DNA of 64,000 bases, taken from an uncultured Alphaproteobacteria bacterium. GTDB taxonomy: Bacteria > Pseudomonadota > Alphaproteobacteria > RF32 > CAG-239. The stretch lies in contig CAJUCZ010000006.1 of assembly GCA_910585375.1 (NCBI GenBank), positions 1,253-65,252 of the forward strand, in the 5' to 3' direction. How positions within the stretch are numbered: position 1 is the first letter of the stretch; each line of letters opens with the position of its first letter. The position numbers and the translations under genes were made by a program. Under the pieces are notes generated by a model that was not told where the DNA came from, made no database searches, and saw only the letters and a program-made list of their open reading frames with translations. Of this stretch, positions 38,046 to 47,332 are shown one piece after another.

Positions 38046-39353
38046 ATGCTGCCACAAGAAATCATCCGCAAAAAACGTAACCGCCAAACTTTAACGGCAG
38101 AAGAAATCAGCTTTTTTATTAAGGGCGTAACCTCCGGAGAAATTGCCGACTGCCAGACAGCAGCGTTGACTATGGCCATTTTTCTCAACGGCCTGTCCAA
38201 AGAAGAAACCACGTCACTAACGCTAAAAATGCGTGATTCCGGTGATGTCTTAAGCTGGAACCTGAACGGTCCGGTTGTTGACAAACATTCTTCCGGCGGC
38301 GTCGGCGACAAAGTCAGCCTGATGCTGGCACCGCTGATTGCGGCTTGCGGCGGCTATGTCCCGATGATCTCCGGCCGCGGCCTCGGACACACCGGCGGCA
38401 CGCTTGACAAGTTCGATTCCATTCCGGGATATCAAACCGTTCCGGACAATGAACTGTTCAAAAAAACGGTCCGGGAAGTCGGCTGCGCTATCATCGGACA
38501 AACCGGCAATCTGGCACCGGCTGATAAAAAAATATACGCCATTCGCGACGTCTGCGGCACGGTTGAATCCATTCCTCTGATTACCGCCTCGATTCTCTCC
38601 AAAAAACTTGCCGCCGGACTGGAATATCTGGTCATGGATCTAAAGTGCGGCAACGGTGCTTTCATGCCTTCGCTTGAAGACGGCAAAAATCTGGCGCGTT
38701 CCATTGTTGATGTCGCCAACAATGCCGGCACCAAAACTTCTGCCCTGCTGACGGATATGAACCAAGTTCTCGGCCATACCGTCGGCAATGCTCTGGAAAT
38801 GGCCGAAGCCGTAGAATACCTGCAGGAAAAAAACACAGACCCGCGCCTGCACCAAATAACCATGGATCTGTGCGCCGAACTTCTGACAAATGCCGGACTG
38901 GCCGGCAACACGGAAGAAGCCCGTACCAAACTGGAAAAAGCCCTTTCCTCGGGAAAAGCTTTGGAAATCTTCGCCCACATGGTCACAGCATTGGGCGGAC
39001 CGGCAGATTTTGTAGAAAAGTATCAAACCTATTTGCCGCAGGCTGCAATTATAAGGCCGGTATTTTCTCCGGTATCGGGATATGTCTGCAGCATGAACAC
39101 CCGCAATATCGGCTTAAGCATTATTGAATTAAAAGGCGGACGCGCTCATCCTGATCAAAAACTGGATTATGCCACCGGCTTCAGCGCCTTTTGCCAAATC
39201 GGCGATTATATCGATGCTCAAAGGCCGCTGGCCTTCATCCATGCTCAAACTGAAAATCAGTTCAACCGTGCACGGCAAGAATTGCTGGACAATATCCAAA
39301 TCGGGGAAAATACACCGGCAATAACCAATCCGGTCATTGAAAAAATATCTTAA
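38046..39353 (+). CDS. deoA: Thymidine phosphorylase
   Basis: MLPQEIIRKKRN..., DKHSSGGVGDK, SGRGLGHTGGTLDK. The ATG at 38046 lies just after the deoC stop. The track ORF begins at 38019. Confidence 0.93.
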   Translation: MLPQEIIRKKRNRQTLTAEEISFFIKGVTSGEIADCQTAALTMAIFLNGLSKEETTSLTLKMRDSGDVLSWNLNGPVVDKHSSGGVGDKVSLMLAPLIAACGGYVPMISGRGLGHTGGTLDKFDSIPGYQTVPDNELFKKTVREVGCAIIGQTGNLAPADKKIYAIRDVCGTVESIPLITASILSKKLAAGLEYLVMDLKCGNGAFMPSLEDGKNLARSIVDVANNAGTKTSALLTDMNQVLGHTVGNALEMAEAVEYLQEKNTDPRLHQITMDLCAELLTNAGLAGNTEEARTKLEKALSSGKALEIFAHMVTALGGPADFVEKYQTYLPQAAIIRPVFSPVSGYVCSMNTRNIGLSIIELKGGRAHPDQKLDYATGFSAFCQIGDYIDAQRPLAFIHAQTENQFNRARQELLDNIQIGENTPAITNPVIEKIS

Positions 39354-39433
39354 TCAAAAACTTCCGCCAACTAACGCAAGTGGCACTAACCGTTCCGAAC
39401 AACGTTTACCTACCCCCTGGCTTTGCAAACCAC

Positions 39434-39464
39434 AAAAAACCGGAGTTTGTACTCCGGTTTTTTT
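39434..39464. terminator. Bidirectional rho-independent terminator (deoA / giant protein 1 convergent pair)
   Basis: Stem ccggagt/actccgg (39440-39457), with A6 before it and T7 after. Confidence 0.85.
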
Positions 39465-39475
39465 ACATTTCCCGC

Positions 39476-42400
39476 CTAAGCCGTATAATCGCCGCCCCGC
39501 GGATCCACACCTCTGAAAGGCATTTGAGGTTTGCTGATATTCTGAGCCGTCATCGGTTCTTTAGAAGTAACTTTTGCCGCCGTGGCCTCTTCCACGCTTT
39601 TACCCTGTCTGAGCGCTTCCAGTTTTTCAGCCCTTGAAAGTTCCTGCGGCTGCTGCTCCGCAGCCTTATCCCCATGAACCATCGCCTGCAGTTCTTCATT
39701 CAGCTTCTCGACATCAGGTTTTCCTGCCGCTGCCGGTTGATTGTCCGCCACAGGCTGTTCGGCCGTATGAACATCTTGCTGATTCCCCAACGTCTTTTCC
39801 GCTTCCTGTGCAAACAGCTGGGCATCTTGCTCTGCCCTTATTTGCGCATCGGCCAACATCACATCACTGTATCGTTCACCCGATAAATTCTTCTCGAGAA
39901 AAGCCAGTTCCCTGTCGCTGAAATGACCGGCTTCCTGACCAATCCGCTCGGCAATGGCACCATGAAGCTCCTTGCTTCCGACCAGTCCGATCTCCTCGGC
40001 ATTATGAGTCCGGATTTCACCATTTTCTCCCAGAGAAAATTCAACCGTTTTCCCGCTGACCGGATCCTGCACGCCGTATGTTTTATTTGCCTCTGCCTGA
40101 GCCTGCATTTGCTCATTAATACCGGAAATATCCGGCTGCTCGGTTTCAAGGCCGGCAATCGCACCGGCTTCCAGCGGCTGAGAAGCCCAATCCGGACGCT
40201 CCTCGGGTTCCTGCGAAACAACCGGCTCTTGTGACGGAGTTTCCTGTACCTGAGCCTCCTGCACCTGAACTTCCTGTACCTGAGCTTCCTGCTCAACGGC
40301 CGGTTTTTCCGGCTCATTCGCCCAACCCTCTCCGCCGTCACGGTCTATATAATCGGAAATGCCGTCATTATCCTTGTCCAACATCGGCGGCGTCTGTTGC
40401 TCGGCCGGCCGCTCAATATAATCTGAAATACCGTTGTTATTTTCATCAACCATCGGCGGCACTTCGGAAACCGTACTGTCAACCGTTGTTGTCGTAGCCT
40501 CATGCGAAGTCTGTCCCGCAATCACAGCCCAGGCAGTACCGGCACCGGCAATACCTGCCGCCCCCATGGCTTTCCACACACTGCCACCGGCCTTTCGCAC
40601 ATCCTTAAAAGCTTTGATGGTTGAACCGACACCCAACGCAATTCCTGACGTTGCTTTGGCATTTGTCAAAGATTTTACAACCTCCGGCGCCAAATCAACT
40701 GCAGCCATACCGGCCGTGGCCGCACCGAGAGCTGTCATTGCCGCGCCGGCCAGAGCCATTTTATTGTTTTTTAAGAAAGACCAAAGCTTGAGCTTTTTAC
40801 CCTTTTTGGCCATTTCTTCCTTTTGCTTCTTGTATTCCTTGCGCAGCTTCAAAGCCTGATTCGCCAAAGATGCCGTAGCCACAACCGCCACGCCCGCCGG
40901 ACCGAATGCAGCGCCGGCAGCATAATACGCTCCTGACCATGCCGCAGTCTTGGCCAGAGATTTAAGCATTGCATACTGCTTAGACGGTGCATTTTTAGCA
41001 ATTTTATCATCCAGACTCTTACCTTGTTCCCGTAATTTTGCAACACCGGCATTGCCTTTTCCGACCTTGCTCTCCAGACGGGAGGCAAAACCCTCGCGCG
41101 CTTCGCTCTGTGCCGCCTGATAACCTAACAAGGCGCTTTTACTGACTTTGAGCTTATGATCTTTGGCATAATCCTCAATCGCCTTGCTGCCGCCGGCAAT
41201 CACGCTCTCGACACCGGCCAGTCTGCCGACTTCTGCCACAATATTTGCAGCAAATTCTTTATTAAACTCTGCCGGATCAATCGGCCCCGGTTTAATACCG
41301 GCCATGCTTTCCATCGTTTGCAGACGGATACTCTCCAGCAGCTGCGCCTTTAATTCGTCATTATCCTTGCTCTTGGCCTTGCCGGTCATCTTAACGCCGT
41401 CCGTAATCTCCAGATTGTCAAACAGCGCCATGGCATCAGCCATTTCCGGATGCTTCGGCTTCGGATTCTTCTGAGCCTCTTTCCGGTTCTTGTCTAAAAT
41501 CCCCTTGGCTTTTTCATATTTTTTGGAAGGAAACATTGACTCCGGCATACGCGAAGCTTTTTCCAACAGAAAATCCATGCTGCCCAGCTCATCCGCAGGA
41601 ACTTCCTTGCCGACCTTTGTCAGTTTAGCGGCAATCGCCTTTTCCAGCGCTTCGGCATCCGGCCCCATTGTGCCAAAAGCATTGGATGCCGACAAAGACG
41701 CCAGTGTTTTCATGTCAAAATCTTTGCCCTGCCGCAATTCTGCCATTGCCTTTTCAGCTTCGTCTTTTGACATCGGTTTAACCGGTTCTTCTTTATACTC
41801 GGCCTTCTCAAGAGCATCTTTGCCCATTTCGCTCATGGCGGCAATATTCTCCGAAACCCGCTCTGCATCTTCCGATGTCAACATCGACAAGCCGTGCTCT
41901 TTGTCATAAGCCTCGGTAAACTCTTTCAGCTTTCCCTCACAGGCTTCGGCCAGTTCGGCAATCCGCGGCTCGTCAAAAGTCCCGTTGACAACTTTGCGGG
42001 AATCATACAGCTTGCTCTCCACTTTGGTAAAAACCTCAAAAGCCTTGCCGGCACTTTCCCTACGGTTTGACATCGGAATGGCGTCAAGCAAAACCTGCGC
42101 CGCCGCCAAATCTTCCTTCGCAATAAAATCATTTTTTTCCATTGATGCGAGCTTATTCAAACGATGACCGACGGCCTCATCAACACGCTGTTTGTCAAAA
42201 CCTTCCGGATTCTTGTCCATTTCGACTTTCAACGCCGCCAGATCACGCAAACTGAGTTCATCCAAATTCTTATCTTTATCTTTGGAAATATTCTGCGCCG
42301 TCACCGTATGCATGCCGGTAATCGGTTCTTCCTGATAAGGCTCTTTTTCCGGCAAACGTTCTTTGGCAGCCCGCAGCATGGTCTGCATCCCGCCGGCCCA

Positions 42401-42829
42401 TTCTATCGGCGTTTCGATTTCGCCGTTGGCATAGGCCTGCATTTTTTCTTCCATGGCCAACCGGACTTTGCCGTAACCAAGCACTGCGGCTTCATTGCCC
42501 TCAACGGCTGCCGTCCGCAAAACATCGTTCATTTCTGCCAGTTCGGCCGGAGGCAGATTATACAGTTCTTTGCCATCTGCGGCATTAATCGCATCCTCTA
42601 GCTTTATCGGCTCTTTTTGCTCAATCACGGCCGCTTCTTGCTCCGGCTCTTTGAACTTGCCGGCATATTCCTCGGCTTCCGCGCTTTTGGGAGCATAAAC
42701 ATCGCTGAGAACGGCTTTTTGTTCCCCGTCCAGAGAATCCCAGGTTGCTCCTTCCGGCAAAGGCTTGCCGGTTTCATTCTCATAAAAATCCCTCTGTTCC
42801 TGGGTCAATACATTAGATTCATCAGCCAT
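39476..42829 (-). CDS. Giant acidic protein 1: central Gly/Ala-rich hydrophobic module, DxDxDG-type repeats, no recognisable family
   Basis: 1117 aa. No N-terminal signal peptide (MADESNVLTQEQRDFYENE). Hydrophobic module AAWSGAYYAAGAAFGPAGVAVVATASL...MALAGAAMTALGAATAGMAAV...AMGAAGIAGAGTAWAVIAGQ. Also DENNNGISDYIE / DKDNDGISDYID and EAQVQEVQVQEAQVQE. Paralogous to the neighbouring gene. Confidence 0.7.
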   Translation of the reverse strand: MADESNVLTQEQRDFYENETGKPLPEGATWDSLDGEQKAVLSDVYAPKSAEAEEYAGKFKEPEQEAAVIEQKEPIKLEDAINAADGKELYNLPPAELAEMNDVLRTAAVEGNEAAVLGYGKVRLAMEEKMQAYANGEIETPIEWAGGMQTMLRAAKERLPEKEPYQEEPITGMHTVTAQNISKDKDKNLDELSLRDLAALKVEMDKNPEGFDKQRVDEAVGHRLNKLASMEKNDFIAKEDLAAAQVLLDAIPMSNRRESAGKAFEVFTKVESKLYDSRKVVNGTFDEPRIAELAEACEGKLKEFTEAYDKEHGLSMLTSEDAERVSENIAAMSEMGKDALEKAEYKEEPVKPMSKDEAEKAMAELRQGKDFDMKTLASLSASNAFGTMGPDAEALEKAIAAKLTKVGKEVPADELGSMDFLLEKASRMPESMFPSKKYEKAKGILDKNRKEAQKNPKPKHPEMADAMALFDNLEITDGVKMTGKAKSKDNDELKAQLLESIRLQTMESMAGIKPGPIDPAEFNKEFAANIVAEVGRLAGVESVIAGGSKAIEDYAKDHKLKVSKSALLGYQAAQSEAREGFASRLESKVGKGNAGVAKLREQGKSLDDKIAKNAPSKQYAMLKSLAKTAAWSGAYYAAGAAFGPAGVAVVATASLANQALKLRKEYKKQKEEMAKKGKKLKLWSFLKNNKMALAGAAMTALGAATAGMAAVDLAPEVVKSLTNAKATSGIALGVGSTIKAFKDVRKAGGSVWKAMGAAGIAGAGTAWAVIAGQTSHEATTTTVDSTVSEVPPMVDENNNGISDYIERPAEQQTPPMLDKDNDGISDYIDRDGGEGWANEPEKPAVEQEAQVQEVQVQEAQVQETPSQEPVVSQEPEERPDWASQPLEAGAIAGLETEQPDISGINEQMQAQAEANKTYGVQDPVSGKTVEFSLGENGEIRTHNAEEIGLVGSKELHGAIAERIGQEAGHFSDRELAFLEKNLSGERYSDVMLADAQIRAEQDAQLFAQEAEKTLGNQQDVHTAEQPVADNQPAAAGKPDVEKLNEELQAMVHGDKAAEQQPQELSRAEKLEALRQGKSVEEATAAKVTSKEPMTAQNISKPQMPFRGVDPRGGDYTA
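40241..40285 (-). repeat. 15-nt coding tandem repeat, 3 copies (EAQVQ/EVQVQ units)
   Basis: Plus strand reads ttcctgtacctgagc / ctcctgcacctgaac / ttcctgtacctgagc. Confidence 0.8.
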
Positions 42830-42990
42830 GGTTCTTACTCCGGAATATTGAGTTCAACATACTTTATTGTACCAAAATTATTTATTTTGTACAACAATTT
42901 TTGTCAACAAAAAGACGATATTAACAGTAATGTAACATTTATCTCAATCATAGCGATAAAACTTAAATTATTCATTAAGAGCCTGATGCC

Positions 42991-43026
42991 AAAAGAAAAA
43001 GAGCCTCGGATTTCTCCGAAGCTCTT
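42991..43026 (-). terminator. Rho-independent terminator after giant protein 2
   Basis: Minus strand: gagcttcgg-agaaa-tccgaggctc (one G-U pair), followed by a T-rich run. It separates the two giant genes into individual transcripts. Confidence 0.7.
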
Positions 43027-43050
43027 CTTGTCAGGAGTTTTTTAAGAGGA

Positions 43051-45966
43051 TTAATAATCCCAACTGTTGCTTTTAGCTTTCATTTTAGCCATTTTTGCAG
43101 CTTCTTTCTCAGCCTTTGCTGCTTCTTTGGCGGCTTCTTTTTCCGCTTTGGCAGCTTCCTTGGCAGCCTGTTTCTCGGCTTTTTCTGTCTCTTTTTCAAG
43201 CTGACGCATTTCTTTGTCCGTCATCAGGCCGTCCGGATCTTTGCGATAAGCTTCCAACAGCAACTCACGGTCAACATTCTGATTAACGGCAATATAACCT
43301 TTGTCATCAATAAATAAACCGCGTTTGGCCAAATGCTTGTCCATCCAATCCATCCATTCTTCGGCGCCTTTAATGGTTTCGCCTTCGGCCAGACGATTGT
43401 GCAGATCATAATAAACCTCGCTGTAAGCTGCATAACGGCGTGACATTGTTTCCGGCTTGTCGGTAAACCCTTCCAAATGGGCAGCTACTTCATCGGCATA
43501 TTTGTCTCCCGGCATTTCATACTGAATTTGAGCTGCACCGTTATAAAACGTATATTCGACTTTACCGCCGTTCGCCATCGCAATTTTTCCGGCTACGGCA
43601 TCAGCCTCCAATATCGGAGCCGGCTCGCCTTTATTGCCGTCAACATCATAATCATAACCCTGCGCGGCTTCCTTCTCGGGAATCGGCGCATCATAAAAGT
43701 CATAATCATAACCCTTGATCTTATCCTGCGGAACATTGTCAAGCGTAACATGTTCAACAATCTTGCCCTTGTAAATCTTGGCAGGCTCCGCCTCTTGTAC
43801 AGGTTCAACGGGTTGAACAGGCTGAGACGGCTCCGGTTCGACAGGCTGAACAGGTTCCGGACTAACAGGCTCTGCTACAGGTTTAAAGTCAACCGGCTCC
43901 GGCTTGGTCGGTTCAGGATCACAGCGGACAAAATCGTCAGCCAGTCTGGTACCGCCGGTATTTTGCGTATTTTCCCAACACAGCGGATTACCGTGATTGT
44001 CATAAGAATTCATGCCGCGGGCAATATCAATATAATCATTCTGCGTCAACTGGCCGCCGCAGGCTTTTTCAATCATATCAACCAAAACCCGCTGTTCGGG
44101 AATGTTATTGGCCTTCATAATGGCATATTTATAAACAAATTCTTCTTTGTTATCAATACCTTCAAAATCCCCCAGATTCAAAGTGGGCTTGTCGCCTTCA
44201 AACAGGCCGTACAAAGCATTGGTCAGATCATCTCCGAGGAAGTGACGGTTACGGTTATCCCAAAACTCGGTATGCAGAGTGTGGTCTCTGGCCTGAGCTT
44301 CAATCTTACCGTTGCAGTCGCCGTTATCGACATTTTGTTCTGCACCCTGCTGCTGATTGCCACGCAAAGCATTTTCAATCTCCTCACACGGATCTTGTTC
44401 CGTATCGGTTGTTACCGCAGTATCAGCTTTGGCGGAAACTTGTGTGGAATCTTCAGCCACGCTTTCTTGAACGGCAGAATCCTCAGCCACGCTGCTTTGA
44501 ACGGCAGAATCAACTTTTGCCTCATTCAAATCTCTACCGTCCGGCAAAGTCAGACCGCTTTTCTCGGAAACATTAGAATCTGCTTGGAATGCACCGGCCA
44601 GATGATAGTTCACAACAAACGCCAGCGCAGTCACACCGGCTTTTACCCAAGCCTTCGATTTACCTTCGCCTTTGTTATAAGCATCTTTGATATCAACGGC
44701 ATTTTTCAGGGCAACCGTACCATAAGCAAGCGTTGCACGCGTTTTGCTGGCATATCCGAGCAGAGAATTTGCCGTTGCCGAATTCAATTGTCCGCCGGCA
44801 GCCTGCAAAGCGGCATTTCCGGCATTATAACCGGCCACGCCCAAAGCCAGAACGCCGGAAACGGCTGTCAGGGCATTCAACTTATTGTCTTTCAGAAAAG
44901 CACCGAATGTCTTATACTCTTTCCGACTGGCTTTCCAGGACTGAACCATCGGTTTCATACCGTTATAAAAAGCATAAACACCATATGCCGCCAAACCGAC
45001 CGGGCCCAAACCACCGGCAGCACACAACATCAGACTATTTGCGCCGATATTGGAAACAACCTTAACCGCCGTCTTGGCAACCTCATAACGCTTGCCGTAT
45101 TTTTTGGAAAATTTATCATCCAGTTGCGAAATTTTCTTGTTCAGTTTGGCCAATACAGGAATATTGCCAAGCTTATTCTTAATGCGGTCTTTAATGCTTT
45201 CTGTTCTGTCCAGCGTTGTCGCCAGATAACCCATAACAGCATCGCCGTTAACTTTAAGCGTGCTGTTTTCTTTATCCGTAACGGCAATAGCCTGATCCAA
45301 AACCGCTCCGACTTCGATCTTCTTGGTTTTATTGGCTTCCGCGCCGGCTTTTGAAATGGCAGTACCGGTCAGCATGCTGTAAACGGCCAGTTCGATATTG
45401 CTCTTCAAATTCTCGACATACTTGGCCTCGTCAAGTTTTCCGTCAACCAAACTGTCTGTATAAGCATTAAGTCTGACGGCTTCCAAAACGTCTGCCTTTG
45501 TATCATTGTCAATATCCATTCTGTCAAGAAGCTTCCGGCCTTTTGACTCAAATTTACTGTCCGCAATGTTATGCTTTTGCTCAAATTCTTCAAGCTTGGC
45601 GGCATTGTCTTCAATCGTCTTGGCATCAATGTTAACGTCATTAAACTTTTTATAAACATCAAAAGCTTCCTGCACGGTCTTACCGCTGGTTTGGCCTTTA
45701 ATAGCCTTGCCGTCCGCACCTATGCCGTAAATTTTAACCAGTTCCTCAAAAACATCCATGTCTTTGGGATTGAGTTGATAAATACCTTCGGCAAACGGCG
45801 CCATCAAATTTGTTCCGATAAAATCTTTCAATTTGGCAAAAGCTTCGGCGCCTTCTTTTCCGGCAGAAGGCAAAGTTTTGGCCAGATTAATCAAATCTTC
45901 GTTGTCAAACTTAGCAAACTCCCCGTCATTAATCATCTGAATTGCATTTTGAGCATCAATAGCCAT
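43051..45966 (-). CDS. Giant protein 2: paralog of giant protein 1, with a central hydrophobic module, Pro-rich and Lys/Ala/Glu repeats
   Basis: The ATG at 45966 (MAIDAQNAIQMINDGEF) has a GGAG RBS. The track ORF extends to 46032. Module: LMLCAAGGLGPVGLAAYGVYAFY...RKEYKTFGAFLKDNKLNALTAVSGVLALGVAG...KAWVKAGVTALAFV. Pro-rich stretch PEPVQPVEPEPSQPVQPVEPV. C-terminal KEAAKAEKEAAKEAAKAEKEAAK. Confidence 0.7.
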   Translation of the reverse strand: MAIDAQNAIQMINDGEFAKFDNEDLINLAKTLPSAGKEGAEAFAKLKDFIGTNLMAPFAEGIYQLNPKDMDVFEELVKIYGIGADGKAIKGQTSGKTVQEAFDVYKKFNDVNIDAKTIEDNAAKLEEFEQKHNIADSKFESKGRKLLDRMDIDNDTKADVLEAVRLNAYTDSLVDGKLDEAKYVENLKSNIELAVYSMLTGTAISKAGAEANKTKKIEVGAVLDQAIAVTDKENSTLKVNGDAVMGYLATTLDRTESIKDRIKNKLGNIPVLAKLNKKISQLDDKFSKKYGKRYEVAKTAVKVVSNIGANSLMLCAAGGLGPVGLAAYGVYAFYNGMKPMVQSWKASRKEYKTFGAFLKDNKLNALTAVSGVLALGVAGYNAGNAALQAAGGQLNSATANSLLGYASKTRATLAYGTVALKNAVDIKDAYNKGEGKSKAWVKAGVTALAFVVNYHLAGAFQADSNVSEKSGLTLPDGRDLNEAKVDSAVQSSVAEDSAVQESVAEDSTQVSAKADTAVTTDTEQDPCEEIENALRGNQQQGAEQNVDNGDCNGKIEAQARDHTLHTEFWDNRNRHFLGDDLTNALYGLFEGDKPTLNLGDFEGIDNKEEFVYKYAIMKANNIPEQRVLVDMIEKACGGQLTQNDYIDIARGMNSYDNHGNPLCWENTQNTGGTRLADDFVRCDPEPTKPEPVDFKPVAEPVSPEPVQPVEPEPSQPVQPVEPVQEAEPAKIYKGKIVEHVTLDNVPQDKIKGYDYDFYDAPIPEKEAAQGYDYDVDGNKGEPAPILEADAVAGKIAMANGGKVEYTFYNGAAQIQYEMPGDKYADEVAAHLEGFTDKPETMSRRYAAYSEVYYDLHNRLAEGETIKGAEEWMDWMDKHLAKRGLFIDDKGYIAVNQNVDRELLLEAYRKDPDGLMTDKEMRQLEKETEKAEKQAAKEAAKAEKEAAKEAAKAEKEAAKMAKMKAKSNSWDY
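44451..44510 (-). repeat. 30-nt coding tandem repeat, 2 copies (SAVQSSVAED / SAVQESVAED)
   Basis: tcttcagccacgctttcttgaacggcagaa versus tcctcagccacgctgctttgaacggcagaa (3 mismatches). Confidence 0.8.
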
Positions 45967-46174
45967 TTTAAAAACTCCTAACAAAATTCTATTTGACGTG
46001 ATAATAGCGCATTTTTTAGAATATTTCAACAACTTTTTGTCAAATTAATCCAAAAAATACCTTTTCGGTCAAAAATTTCTCTAATTAAATAAAATTATAA
46101 CCGGATTTAGTTAAAATATCTTTTATTTTATATGGTTTTCTGCGGCTTTGAGAAATCGAATCGGTGTTTTTCCA

Positions 46175-46211
46175 CAAAAAAATCCCCGAACCTCACGCTC
46201 GGGGATTTTTG
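46175..46211 (-). terminator. Rho-independent terminator after ldcA
   Basis: Stem atccccga/tcggggat (46182-46206), with a T-run on the minus strand. Confidence 0.8.
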
Positions 46212-46213
46212 CC

Positions 46214-47209
46214 TCAGACTCTTACCGCCAACAGCATCGACTCCGTATCTAAGCAGCATTCTCCGCCGATCGGCAATGTCAAAAGCGGCGTAGTATGTCC
46301 AAAATCAACATTGGCAAGAACCGGCATCCGGTCCAGCGCTTTTTTGCTTTTAATAATATATTCGAGCTTTTCTTTTGTCACATCGGAAGCCTTTTGAAAA
46401 CGCCCGATGACAATTCCGCTCACATTTTCAAAATCAGGCTGATAAATCAGCGCTTGCAAATTTCTCTCAAAACTTCCGGCATCCGTTGCCTCGCTGGTAA
46501 AACAGTCTTCAATAAACAAAACGGTATGTTTCTCAAACACCGGCCGGTAAGGAGAACCAAGCAGCAAATCAAATGTTCCGAGATTGCCGCCGACAATCGT
46601 TCCTTCGGCTTTTCCGGCATTAATCACCTGCCAGCCTTCGTTTTTAACAAAAGTGCGGTCCTCCTGATTGATAAACCACAAATCGTCACTCCAAACATCT
46701 GACGGCTTAATCTCGTTTTTCTGATTGCCCAAAATCATTTTCTTCAAATTCTCCAGCGTATATTCCGCCCCTTTTTTCATTCCCAGCGAGCTGAAATGCG
46801 GACCGGAAAAAGTCACCAGTCCCGTCTTGGCATAAATACCGTTCAACAACGCCGTAATATCGGAAAAACCGCAAAAGATTTTTGGATTTTGCCGGATAAG
46901 CCCATAATCAAGATACGGCAGCAGCTGATTCGAATTGCTTCCGCCAATCACCGTAAACACGGCCTTCACGTTTTTGTCCCCGAAAGCCCCGTTCAAATCC
47001 TCCGCCCGTTTTTCAACGTCTGTGGAACCGAACATGTCCCAGTTTTCATCCGTGGTGTTCTTGCCGAAAGTCACCTTCAGCCCCATTTCCTCAAACCGTG
47101 CTTTGGCAATCTCGCGGCTGTCCCGGCCAATCAGCCTCAGCCCTCTGGCCGGCGCCACAATCCGGATTTCATCCCCTGCTTTCAACACCTGCGGTACAAT
47201 CTTCTTCAT
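46214..47209 (-). CDS. ldcA: LD-carboxypeptidase (peptidase S66, LdcA/MccF-like)
   Basis: GDEIRIVAPA, nucleophile context CGFSDITALL, and His context NVDFGHTTP. Confidence 0.8.
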   Translation of the reverse strand: MKKIVPQVLKAGDEIRIVAPARGLRLIGRDSREIAKARFEEMGLKVTFGKNTTDENWDMFGSTDVEKRAEDLNGAFGDKNVKAVFTVIGGSNSNQLLPYLDYGLIRQNPKIFCGFSDITALLNGIYAKTGLVTFSGPHFSSLGMKKGAEYTLENLKKMILGNQKNEIKPSDVWSDDLWFINQEDRTFVKNEGWQVINAGKAEGTIVGGNLGTFDLLLGSPYRPVFEKHTVLFIEDCFTSEATDAGSFERNLQALIYQPDFENVSGIVIGRFQKASDVTKEKLEYIIKSKKALDRMPVLANVDFGHTTPLLTLPIGGECCLDTESMLLAVRV

Positions 47210-47300
47210 TTTTCCTCCTTGCTAAAAATCTTTTAATCGGATTTTATTACAGCTTAATCAAAATTTCTATTGCATTTAAATTTATCCGAAATTATTATAA

Positions 47301-47315
47301 GAACAAAACAAGAAC
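47301..47315 (+). promoter_or_regulatory. Alphaproteobacterial-type LexA (SOS) box GAAC-N7-GAAC upstream of umuD
   Basis: GAAC aaaacaa GAAC at 47301-47315, 18 nt before the umuD ATG. It is the direct-repeat SOS operator described for alphaproteobacteria (GTTC-N7-GTTC on the other strand). Confidence 0.65.
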
Positions 47316-47332
47316 ACAACAACGAGAATACC

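Noticed and set aside
39354-39475. Intergenic regions scanned for tRNA, SRP, tmRNA or RNase P-like sequence (also 46033-46213 and 9930-10158)
   Set aside because: I found no T-loop GGTTCGAAT-type motif, no acceptor-stem pairing and no conserved SRP or tmRNA boxes. These regions are explained by terminators and promoters.
43477-45354. 625-aa plus-strand ORF, the longest alternative ORF in the window
   Set aside because: It is antisense to giant protein 2. Its composition is dominated by R/I/F/N/L, as expected from reading an acidic, Ala- and Glu-rich gene backwards. It has no RBS. The minus-strand gene has an RBS, a terminator and a paralog next door.
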